Source: Mobula hypostoma (lineage: Eukaryota). Taken from it: DNA of 64,000 nucleotides. This document shows positions 12,134-25,386 of this stretch, piece after piece (the first letter of the stretch is position 1; the number at the start of each line of letters is the position of its first letter). The stretch is taken from the NCBI RefSeq assembly GCF_963921235.1, contig NC_086098.1, positions 7,688,001 to 7,752,000 on the forward strand. The letters are read 5' to 3'. The notes beneath the pieces were generated by a model. It was given only the letters and a program-made list of their open reading frames with translations, ran no database searches and had not been told where the DNA came from. The translations under genes and the position numbers were made by a program.

Positions 12134-15100
12134 CATAGAAACATAGAAAATCTACAGCACAATACAGGCCCTTCGGCCCACAAAGCTGTGTCAAGCATGT
12201 CCCTACCTTAGAACTATCTAGGCTTTAACCCATAGCCCTCTATTTTTCTAAGCTCCATGTAGCCATCCAGGAGTCTCTTAAAAGACCCTATCGTTTTGGC
12301 CTCCACCACTGTCGCTGGCAGCCCATTCCATGCACTCAACACTCTCTGCGTAAAAAAACTTACCCCTGACATCTCCTTTGTACCTACTTCCAAGCACCTT
12401 AAAACTGTACTCTCTTGTGCTAACCATTTCAGCCCTGGGGAAAAAGCCTCTGACTATCCACACGATCAATGCCTCTCATCATCTTGTACACCTCTAACAG
12501 GTCACCTCTCATCCTCCATTGTTCCAAGGAGAAAATCCCGAGTTCACTCAACTTATTAGAAACCATAGAAGCCATAGAAACTACAGCACAGAAACAGGTC
12601 TTTTGGCCCTTCTTGGCTGTGCTGAACCATTTTCTGCCTAGTCCCACTGACCTGCACACGGACCATATCCCTCCATACACCTCCCATCCATGTGTCTGTC
12701 CAATTTATTCTTAAATGTTAAAAAAGAACCCGCATTTACCACCTCGTCTGGCAGCTCATTCCATACTCCCACCACTCCCTGTGTGAAGAAGCCCCCCCTA
12801 ATGTTCCCTTTAAACTTTTCCCCCCTCACCCTAAACCCATGTCCTCTGTTTTTTTTCTCCCCTTGCCTCAGTGGAAAAAGCCTGCTTGCATTCACTCTAT
12901 CTATACCCATCATAATTTTATATACCTCTATCAAATCTCCCCTCATTCTTCTACGCTCCAGGGAATAAAGTCCTAACCTATTCAACCTTTCTCTGTAACT
13001 GAGTTTCTCAAGTCCCGGTAACATCCTTGTAAACCTTCTCTGCACTCTTTCAACCTTATTAATGTCCTTCCTGTAATTTGGTGACCAAAACTGAACACAA
13101 TACTCCAGATTCGGCCTCACCAATGCCTTATACAACCGCATCATAACATTCCAGCTCTTATACTCAATACTTTGATTAATAAAGGCCAATGTACCAAAAG
13201 CTCTCTTTACGGCCCTATCTACCTGTGATGCCACTTTTAGGGAATTTTGTATCTGTATTCCCAGATCCCTCTGTTCTACTGCACTCCCCAGTGCCTTACC
13301 TTTAACCCTGTATGTTCTACCTTGGTTTGTCCTTCCAACGTGCAATACCTCACACTTATCTGTATTAAACTCCATCTGCCACTTTTCAGCCCATTTTTTC
13401 CAGCTGGTCCAAGTCCCTCTGCAGGCTCTGAAAACCTTCCTCACTGTCTACTACACCTCCAATCTTTGTATCATTAGCAAATTTGCTGATCCAATTTACC
13501 ACATTATCATCCAGATCATTGATATAGATGACTAATAACAATGGACCCAGCACTGATCCCTGTGGCACACCACTAGTCACAGGCCTCCACTCGGAAAAGC
13601 AATTCTCTACCACCACTCTCTGGCTTCTTCCATTGAGCCAATGTCTAATCCAATTTACCACCTCTCCATGTATACCTAGTGACTGAATTTTCCTAACTAA
13701 CCTCCCATGCGGGACCTTGTCAAAGGCCTTAATGACGTCCATGTAGACAATATCCACTGCCTTCCCTTCATCCATTTTCCTGGTAACCTCGTCGAAAAAC
13801 TCCAATAGATTGGTCAAACATGACCTGCCACGCACAAAGCCATGTTGACTCTCCCTAATAAGTCCCTGTCTATCCAAATGCTTGTAGATTCTGTCTCTTA
13901 GTACTCCTTCCAATAACTTACCTACTACTGACGTTAAACATACCGGCCTATAATTTCCCGGGTTACTTTTCAATCCTTTTTTAAACAACGGAACAATATG
14001 AGCCACTCTCCAATCCTCCGGCACCTCACCTGTAGACAGCGACATTTTAAATATTTCTGCCAGGGCCCCTGCAATTTCAACACTAGTCTCCTTCAAGGTC
14101 CGAGGGAACACCCTGTCAGGTCCCGGGGATTTATCCACTTTAATTTTCCTCAAGACAGCAAGCACCTCCTCCTTTTCGATCTGTACAGTTTCCATGATCT
14201 CACTACTTGTTTCCCTTAATTCCATAGATTTCATGCCAGCTTCCTTAGTAAATACAGACGCAAAAAACCTATTTAAGATCTCCCCCATTTCCTTTGGTTC
14301 CGCACATAGCCGACCACTCTGATCTTCAAGAGGACCAATTTTATCCCTTACAATCCTTATTCTCTTTATATACCTGTAAAAGCTCTTTGGATTATCCTTC
14401 ACTTTGACTGCCAAGGCAACCTCATGTCTTCTTTTAGCCCTCCTGATTTCTTTCTTAAGTATTTTCTTGCACTTCTTATACTCCTCAAGCACCTGATTTA
14501 CCCCCTGTTTCCTATACATTTCATACAACTCCCTCTTCTTCTTTATCAGAGTTGCAAACCTTGAGAACCAAGGTTCCTTATTCCTATTCAATTTGCCTTT
14601 AATCCTGACAGGAACGTACAAACTCTGCACTCTCAAAATTTCTCCTTGAAGGCTTCCCACCTACCGATCACATCCTTGCCAGAGAACAACCTGTCCCAAT
14701 CCACACTTTTTAGATCCTTTCTCATTTCTTCAAAATTGGCCTTCTGCCAGTTCAGAACCTCAACCCTAGGACCAGATCTATCCTTGTCCATGATCAAGTT
14801 GAAACTAATGGTGTTATGATCACTGGAACCAAAGTGTTCCCCTACACAGACTTCCGTCACTTGTCCTAACAAGTTTCCTAACAGGAGATCCAATATTGCA
14901 TCCCCTCTAGTTAGTCCCTCTATATATTGATTTAGAAAACTTTCCTGAATACATTTTACAAACTCTAAACCATCTAGACCCCTAACAGTATGGGAATCCC
15001 AATCAATGTATGGAAAATTAAAATCCCCTACCACCACAACTTTATGTTTCCTGCAGTTGCCTGCTATCTCTCTGCAGATTTGCTCTTCCAAGTCTCGTTG

Positions 15101-15891
15101 ACTATTGGGTGGTCTGTAATACAATCCCACTAATGTGGTCATACCTTTCCTGTTTCTCAGCTCCACCCATAAGGACTCAGTAGACAAGCCCTCTAATCTG
15201 TCCTGCCTGAGCACTGCTGTAATATTTTCCCTAACAAGTAATGCTACTCCCCCACCTTTCATTCCTCTGCCTCGATCACATCTGAAACATCGGAACCCTG
15301 GAATATTAAGCTGCCAGTCCTGCCCCTCCTGTAGCCAAGTTTCACTAATTGCTATAACGTCATAATTCCACATGTCAATCCACGCCCTCAACTCATCCGC
15401 CTTCCCCGCAATACTCCTAGCATTGAAATATATACACCTCAGAAGATTTTTACCACCACTCACAACCTTTCTATCAGCGGATTTGCTTGAACTTTTAACA
15501 TCATTTATTTTCACCCCAGCTCTGGCACTCTGGTTCCCATCCCTCTGCAAATCTAGTTTAAAGCCTCCCCAATAGCACTAACAAACCTCCCTGAAAGGAT
15601 ATTGGTCCCCCTGTAGTTCAAGTGTAACCCGTCTCTCTTGTACAGGTCCCACCTGCCCCAGAAGAGGTCTCATTATTCTCATAAGGCATGCTCCCCAATC
15701 CAGGCAACATCCTTGTAAAACTCCTCTGCACCCTTTCTATGGTTTCCACGTCCTTCCTGTAGTGAGGCAACCAGAATTGAGCACAGTACTCCAACTGGGG
15801 TCTGACCAGGATCCTATATAGTTGCAACATTACCTCTCTGCTCCCAAATTCAATTCCACGATTGATGAAGGCCAATGCACCGTATGCCTTC
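12134..15891 (-). mobile_element. CR1 3' fragment (family E), split by the insertion at 12558-15670
   Basis: 15671-15891 (LVRPQLEYCAQFW) continues into 12134-12556 (WRMRGDLLEVYK); TTATT at both junctions; CTATGTTT tail. Confidence 0.85.
12558..15670 (-). mobile_element. CR1 LINE (family D): ORF1 end plus near-complete ORF2
   Basis: ORFs 14633-15550 (APE: YFNARS, ISETWL, GDFN, SDHN), 13386-14660 (RT; FADD mutated to FAND) and 12638-13444; two frameshifts. Confidence 0.95.
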
Positions 15892-15899
15892 TACAGGTT

Positions 15900-16110
15900 T
15901 ATTTGAAGAATCTTCTTTACATCCACTTGTTAAAACCAACATCTATCTGTGTAAATATACAAATGTCAGTAATCATCCCAGACATCTCAGAGGATCAATT
16001 CTGGACCGAACACATTCATCCAATCAAGAAGAGGTATGGCAGTGGATATACTACATTAGGAATCTGAGGATACTTGGTCTGTAACCAAAGACTCTGGCAA
16101 ACTTCAACAG
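15900..16110 (+). mobile_element. Degenerate Rex/L2-group fragment
   Basis: ISEDQFWTEHI..WIYYIRNLRILGL resembles the post-RT region of the Rex copies. Confidence 0.5.
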
Positions 16111-16938
16111 GAGCTTTGACCAGTGACCAATCCAGAGATCAGAAGTTTTGAGAGGAGGGGACTTCTATCAGGTCCACTACCCGAGTAGGAAAGGCAGCAG
16201 CAGATCACGACAGCGAAGAAGAGCTTTGACCAGTGACCAATCAGTATTTGGGATGGATTAGAAAGATCAAATTCAAGGAAGGCAGGGGCAATCGCAGTGG
16301 CTGTCGTCAGAGTGGTGATCTTGAGGGTTTAGCTCTTTGAGGCTTCAGTGAAGAGTGGCTTCAGTCAGCGAGAGAAAGGAAAAGTAAAGCTCCTGGTTAA
16401 GTTTTTTTTCTTTCCTTCCCTTCCTTATTACTGCACAGTAAGCTCAGTAGAGATGCCAGGTAAAACAGTCGAATGTGGGAAGGCAAGGAGAACTCCAGAA
16501 TCCCTGATGACTACAACTGTGAGAAATACATCCAGCTGCAGCTTCTAACAAACCGCATTAAAGAGTTGGAACTGGAACTGGATAAACTCTGGATCATTCG
16601 GGAGGCTGAGGGGGTGATAGACAGGACATATGGAGAGGTAGTTACACCCAAGGTGCAGGACACAGGAAACTGGGTGACAGTTAAGAAGGGGAAAGGGGTT
16701 AAGGAGCCAGATCAGAGTACACCTGTGGCCAACCCCTCAACGACAGTATATCACTTTGGATGCTGTCAGGGGGATGAACTAACAGAGGAAAGTCACAGTG
16801 GTCGTGTCTCTGGCACTGAGTCTGCCTCTGTGACTCAGAAAGAAACTGGGGAGAAGAGGCACAGAATGGCAAGAGGGGATTTGTTAGTTAGGGGAACTGA
16901 CAGGAGGTGGTGTAGGTAAGAACGAGACACCGGAATGG

Positions 16939-17122
16939 TATAGTCATAGTCATACTTTATTGATACCGAGGGAAATTGGTTTTCGTTACAGTTGCACCAT
17001 AAATAATTAAATAGTAATAAAACCATAAATAGTTAAATAGTAATATGTAAATTATGCCAGGAAATAATTCCAGGACCAGCCTATTGGCTCAGGGTGTCTG
17101 ACCCTCCAAGGGAGGAGTTGTA
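16939..17122 (-). mobile_element. LINE 3' tail fragment (Rex/L2-like)
   Basis: GTCATAGTCATACTTTATT, i.e. AATAAA plus a short-repeat tail on the minus strand. Confidence 0.5.
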
Positions 17123-17124
17123 AA

Positions 17125-18066
17125 TAGAAACATAGAAAAATAGGTGCAGGAGTAGGCCATTCGGCCCTTCGAGCCTGCACCACCATTCAGTACGATCATG
17201 GCTGATCATCCAACTCAGAACCCTGTACCTGCCTTCTCTCCATAACCCCTGGTCCCTTTAGCCACAAGGGCCATATCTAACTCCCCCTTAAATATAGCCA
17301 ATGAACTGGCCTCAACTGTTTCCTGTGGCAGAGAATTCCACAGATTCACCACTCTCTGTGTGAAGAAGTTTTTCCTCATCTCGGTCCTAAACGGCTTCCC
17401 CTTTATCCTCAAACTGTGACCCCTCGTTCTGGACTTCCCCAACAATGGGAACAATCTTCCTACATCTAGCCTGTTCAATCCCTTTAGGAATTTATACGTT
17501 TCAATCAGATCCCCCTTCAATCTTCTAAATTCCAACGAGTACAAGCCCAGTTCATCCAGTCTTTCTTCATATGAAAGTCCTGCCAACCCATGAATCAATC
17601 TGGTGAACCTTCTTTGTACTCCCTCTATGGCAAGAATATCTTTCCTCGGATTAGGGGACCAAAACTGCACACAATACTCCAGGTGTGGTCTCACCAAGGC
17701 CTTGTACAACTGCAGTAGTACCTCCCTGCTCCTGTACTTGAATCTTCTTGCTATAAATGCCAGCATACCATTCGCCTTTTTCACCGCCTGCTGTACCTGC
17801 ATGCCCACTTTTAATGACTGGTGTATAATGACACCCAGGTCTCGTTGCACCTCCCCTTTTCCTAATCGGCCACCATTCAGATAATAATCTGTTTTCCTGT
17901 CTTTGCCACCAAAGTGGATAACTTCACATTGATCCACATTAAATTGCATCTGCCATGAATTTGCCCACTCACCCAACCTATCCAAGTCACCCTGCATCCT
18001 CTTAGCATCCTCCTCACAGCTAACACTGCCACCCAGCTTGGTGTCATCCGCAAACTTGGAGATGCC
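17125..18066 (-). mobile_element. CR1 family A 3' fragment
   Basis: ORF 17215-17997 nearly identical to the C-terminus of 44039-45055. Confidence 0.95.
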
Positions 18067-19720
18067 TCCCAGGCGGGAGCTGGATCAAGCCTTCAGCATT
18101 CTTAATTGGAAGGGTGAAAAGCCAGAATCGTGGTCCATGTAGGTACCAATGATGTGGTTAGGATGAGTGACGAGGTTCTGCATGAGGAGTTCAGGGAGTT
18201 AGGTGCTAAGTTAAAGGCCAGGACCTCCAGGGTTGTGATCTCAGGATTTCTACCCGTGCCATGTGCTAGTGAGACTAGAACTAGAAAGATTATACAGTTT
18301 AATATGTGGTTAAGCAGTTGGTGTTGGAGGGACGGCATAAGTTTTTAGATCATTGGATTCTCATCCAGGGAAGGTGGGACCTGTACGGAGGGATGGTTTG
18401 CACCTCAACTGGGGTGGGAGGGTGAACTAATATGCTAGTGGGAAGTTTTGTTGATGCTTCACAGTGGGGGTTAAACTAGTTGTCAGGGGATAGGAACCAA
18501 AGCTGGTGGAGTGGTTGTGGTGGCAGATGTTCATAAGACCTCAAAGTCAGGAATCAAAAGGTCAGCATGGTGCGACGAGTGTTCTGAGCTGTATATATTT
18601 CGATGCGAGAAGGAAAAGCGGGTAATAGTGCTGGAGATGAGGTAGGAGATTTACAAACAGAGGCAATGTGTAGTGAGGAGAGCCCGTTGATTGGGAAAAT
18701 TGCAGTCAACAGGATGAGTTGCAATGTAAAAGGCAGACAAAACAGAAAAGGGTGAATACAGAACTGAACATGTGCGCATTCAAATGTAACAGTATACGGA
18801 AAAAGGTAGATGAACTTGTAGCAATGTTGCAGATTGGCAGGCATCACTGAATCATGGCTGAAAGAAGATGACAGCTGGGAGCTTAATATCCAAGGATACA
18901 CATTGTATCAAAAGAATAGGCAGGAAGGCAGAGGGGGCAGAATTGCTCTGTTGGTAAAAAATGAAATCAAATCATTAGAAAAAGGTGCATTAAGGTTGGA
19001 AGTTGTTGAATCATTGTGGATAAAGGTAAGGATCTGCAAACATAAAAAGAGTATGATGGGAGTTGTATACAGACCCCCAAACAGCAATCAGGATATGGTC
19101 TACAAATTATAGCAGGAGGTAGAAAATGCATGCCAAAAGGGCAATGTTACAGTGGTCATGGGGGACTTTGATATGCAGGTAGATTGGGAAAATCAGGTTG
19201 GTGCTGGATTACAGGAGGGGGAATTTCTAGAGTGTCTATGAGATGGTGAACCTTCCAGGAGATCAGCTATTCTGGATTGGGTGTTGTGTAATGAACCAGA
19301 ATTGATTAGAGAGCATAAGGAAAAGCACCCTGAGGCTCAAGTGATCGTAATATGATCAAATTTACTCTGAAATTTGAGAAGAAGCTAAAGTCAGATGTAT
19401 CAGTATTACAGTGGAGTGAAGAAAATTACAGAGGCATGAGAGAGGAGTTGGCCAGAATTGATTGGAAAAGAACACTGGCAGGGATGACCGCAGAGCAGCA
19501 ATGGCTGGAATTTCTGGAAGCAATTTGGAAGGCACGGGATATGTATTTTTCCCGAAGAGGAAGAAGTATTCTAAAAGAAAGATGACACAACCGTGGCTTA
19601 CAAGAAAAGACAAAGCCGGCATATAAGCCAAAGAGAGTGCAGATAATAGAGCAAAGATTAGTGGAAAGTTAGGGGATTGGGAAGCTTTTAAAAACCAACA
19701 GAAGACACTAAAAAATGTCA

Positions 19721-20018
19721 CAAGAACATAAGAAATAGGAGCAGGAGTAGGTCATCTGGCCCGTTGAACCTGCTCCGCTATTCAATAAGATCGTGGCTGA
19801 TTCAGCCATGGACTCGCCTTCATCTACCTGCCTTTTCCTCATAACCCTTAATTCCCCTACTATGCAAAAATCTATCCAACCTTGTCTTAAATATATTTAC
19901 CGAGGTAGCCTCCACTGCTTCATTGGACAGAAAATTCCACAGATTCACCACCCTCTGGGAAAAGCAATTCCTCCTCATCTCTGTCCTAAATCTATCCTCC
20001 CAAATCTTGAGGCTATGT
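19721..20018 (-). mobile_element. CR1 3' fragment nested in CR1
   Basis: FRTEMRRNCFSQRVVNLWN; TTCTTATG tail. Confidence 0.85.
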
Positions 20019-20524
20019 CTTGAGGCTAAGAAGGTAAACATGGAATATAGAAGTAAGCTAGCCTATAATATTAAAGAGGATACCAAAAGTTTCTACGGAT
20101 AAAAAAATGTAAAAGAGAGGTGAAAGTGGATTTTGGACCACTGGAAAATGATGCTGGAGAGGTAGCAGTTGGGGACAATGAAATAGCCGATGAACTGAAT
20201 AAATATTTTGCATCAGTCCTCACTGTGGTAGACACTAGCAGAATAGTGGAAGTTCCAGGTGTCAAGGGTAATGAAGTGTCTGAAGTTACCATAATTAGAG
20301 AGAAGGTTCTTGGGAAGCTGAAAGCTCTGAAGGTAAATAAGTCACCTGGACCGGATGGTGTACACCACACAGTTCTGAAAGAGCTGGCCGAAGAGACTGT
20401 GCGGTATTAGTTATGATCTTTCAAGAATCACTAGAATGGTTCCAGAGTACTGGAAAATTGCAAATATTACTCCACTCTTTAAGAAGGGAGGGAGGCAAAA
20501 GAAAGGAATCTATAGGCCAGTTAG

Positions 20525-20859
20525 CTGTTAAGTATCCTTATGTGTGGCACCTTGTCAAAGGCCTTCTGAAAATCCAAGTATGCAACATCAGCCAATTCTC
20601 CTTTGTCTATTCTGTTTGTTGTTTCTTCAAAGAATTCCAACAGATTTGTCAGGCAAGTTTCTCGCTTGAGGAAACCATGCTGACTACGGCCTATTTTATC
20701 ATGTGCCTCCAAGTACCCTGAGACCTCAGAATTAATAATTGACTCCAACGTCTTCTCAATCACCAAAGTCAGATTAACTGGGCTATAGTTTCCTTACTTC
20801 TGCCTCTCTCCCTTCTTGAGGAGTGGAGTGACAGTTGCAATTTTCCAGTTTTCCGGAAC
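20525..20859 (-). mobile_element. CR1 RT fragment, opposite orientation to the preceding copy
   Basis: SQHGFLKRETCLTNLLEFFEE..DFQKAFDKVPH. Confidence 0.85.
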
Positions 20860-20861
20860 TA

Positions 20862-21623
20862 CAGTGCCTATAAAAAGTATTCACTCCTGTGGAATTTTTC
20901 ATGTTGTATTGTTTGACAACATTGAATAGCAATGGATTTAATTTGGCTTTTTTTTTTACACTGATCAACAGAAAAAGACTTGTTTTTGTGTCAAAGTGAA
21001 AACATCACTACAAAGTGATCTAAATTAATAACAAATATAAAACACAAAATAATTGATTGCATCAGTATACACTCATTTTAATATGACACACCAAATCATC
21101 ACTGGTGCAGCCAATTGGTTTTAGAAATCACAGAATTAGTTAAGGAGACCTAGTTATATATAAACCTGTGCGTAGTCAATGTTTTTCGATTGATTGTAGT
21201 AAAAATATATCTGTATCTGGAAGTTCCAACTGCTGGTGTGTCAGTATCCTAGCAAAACTACACCATGAAGACAAAAGAACACTCCAAGCAACTCCACAAA
21301 AAGGTTATTGAAAAGCACAAATCAGAAAATGGATACAAGAAACTTTTCAAGTCACTGAATATCCCTTGGAAGTACAGTTACGTCAGTTATAAAGAAATGG
21401 GAAGAATTTGGTACAGCTGTAAATCTACTTAGTGCAGGCCGTCCTCAAAAGTTGAGTGACCGTACAAGAGGGGACTAGTGAGGGAGGCCAACAAGACATC
21501 TGTGACAACTCTGTTACAAGCTTCAGTGGCTGAGATGGGAGTGACTGTGCATACAGCAACTGTTGGCCGGGTGCTTCGCCATGGGAGAGCGGCAAAGAAA
21601 AAGCCACTGGTGAAAAAAACATT
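20862..21623 (+). mobile_element. Tc1/mariner DNA transposon, left TIR and transposase N-terminus, truncated
   Basis: TA|CAGTGCC..AAAAGTATTCAC terminus; ATG at 21265 MKTKEHSKQL..GYKKL.KSLNIP, GRPQKLS, KKKPL; no DDE domain or right TIR. Confidence 0.85.
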
Positions 21624-23750
21624 GCCCTTTTAGCATGCATTTTCTATATCCCGTTTTAATTTTTAAGCCACATCCATACTACTGTTTGGGAGTCTGTATA
21701 CAACTCCCATCAGGGTCTTTTTACTCTTACAGTTCCTTAGCTCTATCCACAATGATTCAACACCTTCCGCCCCACGTCACTTCTTTCTAATGATTTGATT
21801 TTATTTTTTTACAGACTGAGCATTGTCACCCTTTCTGCTTCCCTGCCTATCATTTCAATACAATGCGTGTCCTTGGAGATTAAGCTCTCAGATATTAACT
21901 CGGGTACTCAATGATCCTCCGGGCTCCTTTTACACACCTGTCTTTGTAAATGTCCTGAATAGTGGGAAGTGCTGGGCTGTCTGCACCACTCTGTGCAGAG
22001 CCCTGCGATTGAGGGAAGTACAGTTCCCATACCAGATAGTGATGCAGCCAATCTGGATGATCTCAATTGTGCCCCTGTAGAAAGTTCTTAGGATTTGGGG
22101 ACTCATGCCAAACTTCTTCAACCATCTGAGGTGAAAGAGGCGCTGTTGTGCTTTTTTCACCAAACAGCCAGTATGTACAGACCACGTGAGATCCTCAGTG
22201 ATGTGGATGCCGAGGATCTTAAAGCTGTTCACCCTCTCAACCCCAGATCCATTGATGTCAACAGGGGTGAGCCTGTCTCCATTCCTCCTGCAGTCCCTAA
22301 CCAGCTCCTTTGTTTTTGCAACATTGAGGGAGAGGTTGTTTTCTTGACACCTCTGTGTCGGTGTTGACTTCTTCTCTATAGGCTGCCTCATTATTATTTG
22401 AGATTAGGCCAATCAATGTAGTGTTGTCAGCAAACTTAGTTAGCAGGCTGGAGCTGTGGGTGGTGACACAATCATGGGTATACATGGAGTAAAAGAGGGG
22501 GCTTAGGATGTAGCCCTGAGGGGCACCTGTGTTGAGGGTCAGAGGAGGGGAAGGAGGTGAGGGAGCTCACTCTTCCACCTGCTGGAGATCTGACAGGAAG
22601 TCCAGGATCCAGCTACACAAGGCAGGGTGAAGCCCGAGGTCTCTGAGCTTCTTGTCAGGCCTGGAGGGAATTATGGTGTTGAATGCTGAACTGTAGTCCA
22701 AGAACAGCATTCTCACGTAAGCATTCTTCTACTCCAAATATGTAAGGATGGTGTGTAGAGCTGTGGCTATTGTGTCATTTGTCAATCGGTTGTGTTGGTA
22801 GGTGAATTGTAGGGGGTCCATGTGGGTGGTAGCAAGCTGCAGATGTAGTCCTTGACCAGCCTCTCAAAGCATTTTCTTACTATTGAGGTGAATGCGACAG
22901 GACACCAGTTGTTCAGACATGTTACCTTGGTCTTTTTAGGTGCAGGAACAATGATGGATGTTTTGAAGCAGGAGGGCACTCTACACTGGGAGAGGGAGAG
23001 ATTTAAAATATTTGTAAACACACCTGCCAGTTGTGCCGCACACACTCTGAGTACCTGGGATGCCGACCGGTCCCGCAGCCTTGCGACTGTCCACCTGTTG
23101 GAAACACCTGCGTACTTCAGCCTCAGAGATGACCAGGGTGCAGGTCACTTCAGCGGCTCTCCTCAGGGACCCAGTGTTGGTGACGTCAAACTGAGTGTAG
23201 AAAAGATTTAGCTCACCTGGGAGAGAGGCAGTGATGTTGGCAACGCCATCGCGTTTAGCTTTGAAGTCTGCGATGGTGTGCAGACCTTGCCATAAGCTGT
23301 GTGTGTTGTTGGTGGAGAGTTGTGACAGGATCTTGTCCCTGTATTGTCATTTTGCTACCTTGATGACTTTGCGGAGATGGTGGCTGTATTTTTTGAGGTC
23401 CTGCTGATTACTGGCAATGTCAGCTCTGTGTCGCACAATGAGTGCTACTCGCTCAGAACTGTTATCCAGAGTTTCTGGTTTAGATAGACCCTGAGCAGCT
23501 ACCTCATTTTCAGCACTATTATCTGCCCTTCCTACAATACCTGCATTGAAATATAGGCAGCTCAGGACACTAGTTGCACCACGCACAGCCTTATGATTCC
23601 TGACTTTGTCCGAGATCTTACCAACATCTCCACTCCCTGTTCTGGCACCCTGGTTCCCATCCCCCTGCAACTCTAGTTTAAACCCCACCACGCAGCATTT
23701 CCTGCTAGGATATTGCTGTCCCTCCAGTTCAAGTGCAAACCACCTACCCA
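21624..23750 (-). mobile_element. Degenerate CR1 (ORF1 end and APE start), split by a Rex insertion
   Basis: GLHLNWRDSNILAG, LSCLYFNA at 23445-23750; APE-like sequence at 21624-21896. Confidence 0.7.
21900..23440 (-). mobile_element. Rex1/Babar LINE RT region, degenerate
   Basis: CAAQLAGVFTNILNLSLSQCRVPSCFKTSIIVP, LLTKFADNTTLIGLI, KKAQQRLFHLRWLKKFG..CITIWYGNC. Confidence 0.9.
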
Positions 23751-23920
23751 ACCACCATTTTCTAGCTCGCACTCTTTCTCCTCCCACACCTTATTCCAGC
23801 TTCTTCCCTTCCCTTTCCAGTCTTGGTGAAGGATATCAGTCCATAATGGTTTATTCCACTCCCCCATTACTGCTGCCTGATCTGCTGAAAACCTACAGTT
23901 TTTTGTGTGTGTTACTCTAG
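23750..23920 (+). mobile_element. Old Penelope-like terminal-repeat relic
   Basis: CAGTCTTGGTGAAGG..GCTGCCTGATCTGCTGA..TTTTGTGTGTGTTACTC resembles younger copies. Confidence 0.5.
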
Positions 23921-23924
23921 GTTT

Positions 23925-24286
23925 GTGGCTGCAGAAATATGGTTTTTGAGAAGAATGATGAAAATATTGTAGGAGGACAGAGTACCAAATGAGGAAGTGT
24001 TGTGAAAAGCTGGAATAAGAAGCAAGATTATATCATCAACCAGGAAATGGCAGGTGGAAATTCTGGGACCTATACTGAGGAAAGGGAAGCTTCAACAACT
24101 TGCAGTGATGGGAAAAATTGATGGAAGAAAAAGTCGTGGTCAACTGCATGTGACAGTCATAAGTTACGCTAAGGGATGAACAGGCAGAAGGTTTGAAGAG
24201 CTTATTAGAGCTTCTCAGATTAAAGACAGGCGGAAGACCATGATCACCCACGTCATATGACAAGGAACGTGATGATGATGATGATG
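23925..24286 (+). mobile_element. RTE-clade LINE 3' end
   Basis: AAEIWFLRRMMKI..DRVPNEEVL..MGKIDGRKSRG followed by a (GAT)5 tail. Confidence 0.8.
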
Positions 24287-24410
24287 TCTGTACCCAGGTC
24301 AGCACTTCCAAACCCAATCCAGCTTCTCCTGTAAAGAATTTAAAATCATTTTAAGCATTGTCATCTACGTCCAACAGCTTTGTAGGGCTTTGCAGTTTGT
24401 GGTAGGGGCA

Positions 24411-25386
24411 CAGAGTCATAGAACACTATAGCACAGAAAGAGATCCTTTGGCTCATCTGGTCTATACTAAACCATTTAACCTGCCTAATCCCAGCAACGT
24501 ATACTGGGACCATAGCCCTCCATAATTTCCATCCATGTGCCTACCCAAACTTCTCTTAAATGTTGAAATCAAGCTTGCATGCACCACTTGTACTGGCTGC
24601 TCATTCCACACACGACCCTCTGATTGAAGAAGTTTCTCCTCGAGTTCTCCTTAAACATTTCACCTTTCACACTTAACCCATGACCTCTATTTGTAGTATC
24701 ATCCACCCTCAATGGAAAAAGCCTGCTTGCATTTACCCCTCATAATTTTGTATACTTATCAAATTTCCCTTCAATCTTGTACATGCCAAGGTATAAAGTC
24801 TTCACCTATTCAATCTTTCCTTATACTTCAGGTCCTCCAGTCCTGGCAACATCCTTGTGAATTTTATGTGTACTCTTTCAACCATATTTACATCTTTCCT
24901 GTAGGTAGATGACCAAAACTGCACACAATACTCCAATTTAGGCCCCACCAACATCTTACATAATATGAACATAACATTTCATCTCATGTACTCAATAATT
25001 CAGTGTGGGCACGCGGCCAAGTGGTTAAGGCATTGGACTAGCTACCTGAAGGTTGTGAGTTTGAGCCCCAGCTGAGGCAACATGTTGTGTCCTTGAGCAA
25101 GGCACTTAACCACACGTTGCTCTGAGACGACACTGGTGCCAAGCTGTATGGGTCCTAATATCCTTCCCTTGGACAACATTGGTGTTGTAGAGAGGGGAGA
25201 CTTGCAACATGGGCAGCTGCTGGTCTTCCATACAACCTTGCCCAGGCCTACGCCCTGGAGAGTGAAGACTTTCCAGGCGCAGATCCATGGTCTCGCAAGA
25301 CTAACGGATGCCTTTATTTATTTACTCAATAGTTTGATTTACAAAGGCCAATATGCAAAAAAGCTTTCTTTTATATGGCTCTGACC
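24411..25386 (-). mobile_element. CR1 3' fragment split by a SINE
   Basis: GACCAAAACTGCACACAATACTCC (LEYCVQFWS on minus strand); CR1-type tail. Confidence 0.8.
24998..25322 (+). mobile_element. tRNA-derived SINE with CORE-like domain, 9-bp TSD
   Basis: A-box-like GGCCAAGTGG, B-box-like GTTTGAGCC, TGTGTCCTTGAGCAAGGCACTTAAC, TTTA-repeat tail; TSD TACTCAATA at 24989 and 25323. Confidence 0.85.

Larger units (their letters stand above)
16111..20529 (+). mobile_element. Degenerate CR1 with 5'UTR, ORF1 (zipper plus SGNH esterase) and 5' half of ORF2; multiply interrupted
   Basis: ORF1 MWE..DDYNCEKYIQLQLL..LELELD, GDLLVRG, VHVGTND, VVISGFLPVP; APE GITESWL; KSPGPDG. Confidence 0.85.

Noticed and set aside
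20437..20859. Twin-priming inversion within one CR1
   Set aside because: The plus and minus segments cover overlapping homologous sequence and are clearly diverged, so two separate copies are more likely
21930..22391. Host gene resembling the ALKBH8 N-terminal (DUF1891-type) sequence
   Set aside because: It is the post-RT region of a Rex/Babar LINE and recurs in degraded form at 8781-9955
24300..24345. Minus-strand exon after TTCTTTACAG
   Set aside because: CAGGAGAAGCTGGATTGGGTTTGGAAG also occurs at 37782-37808 on the plus strand, indicating a repeat fragment
25004..25075. tRNA gene (likewise 26835-26900 and 49235-49299)
   Set aside because: A/B boxes are present but there is no intact cloverleaf; each is the head of a SINE with body and tail
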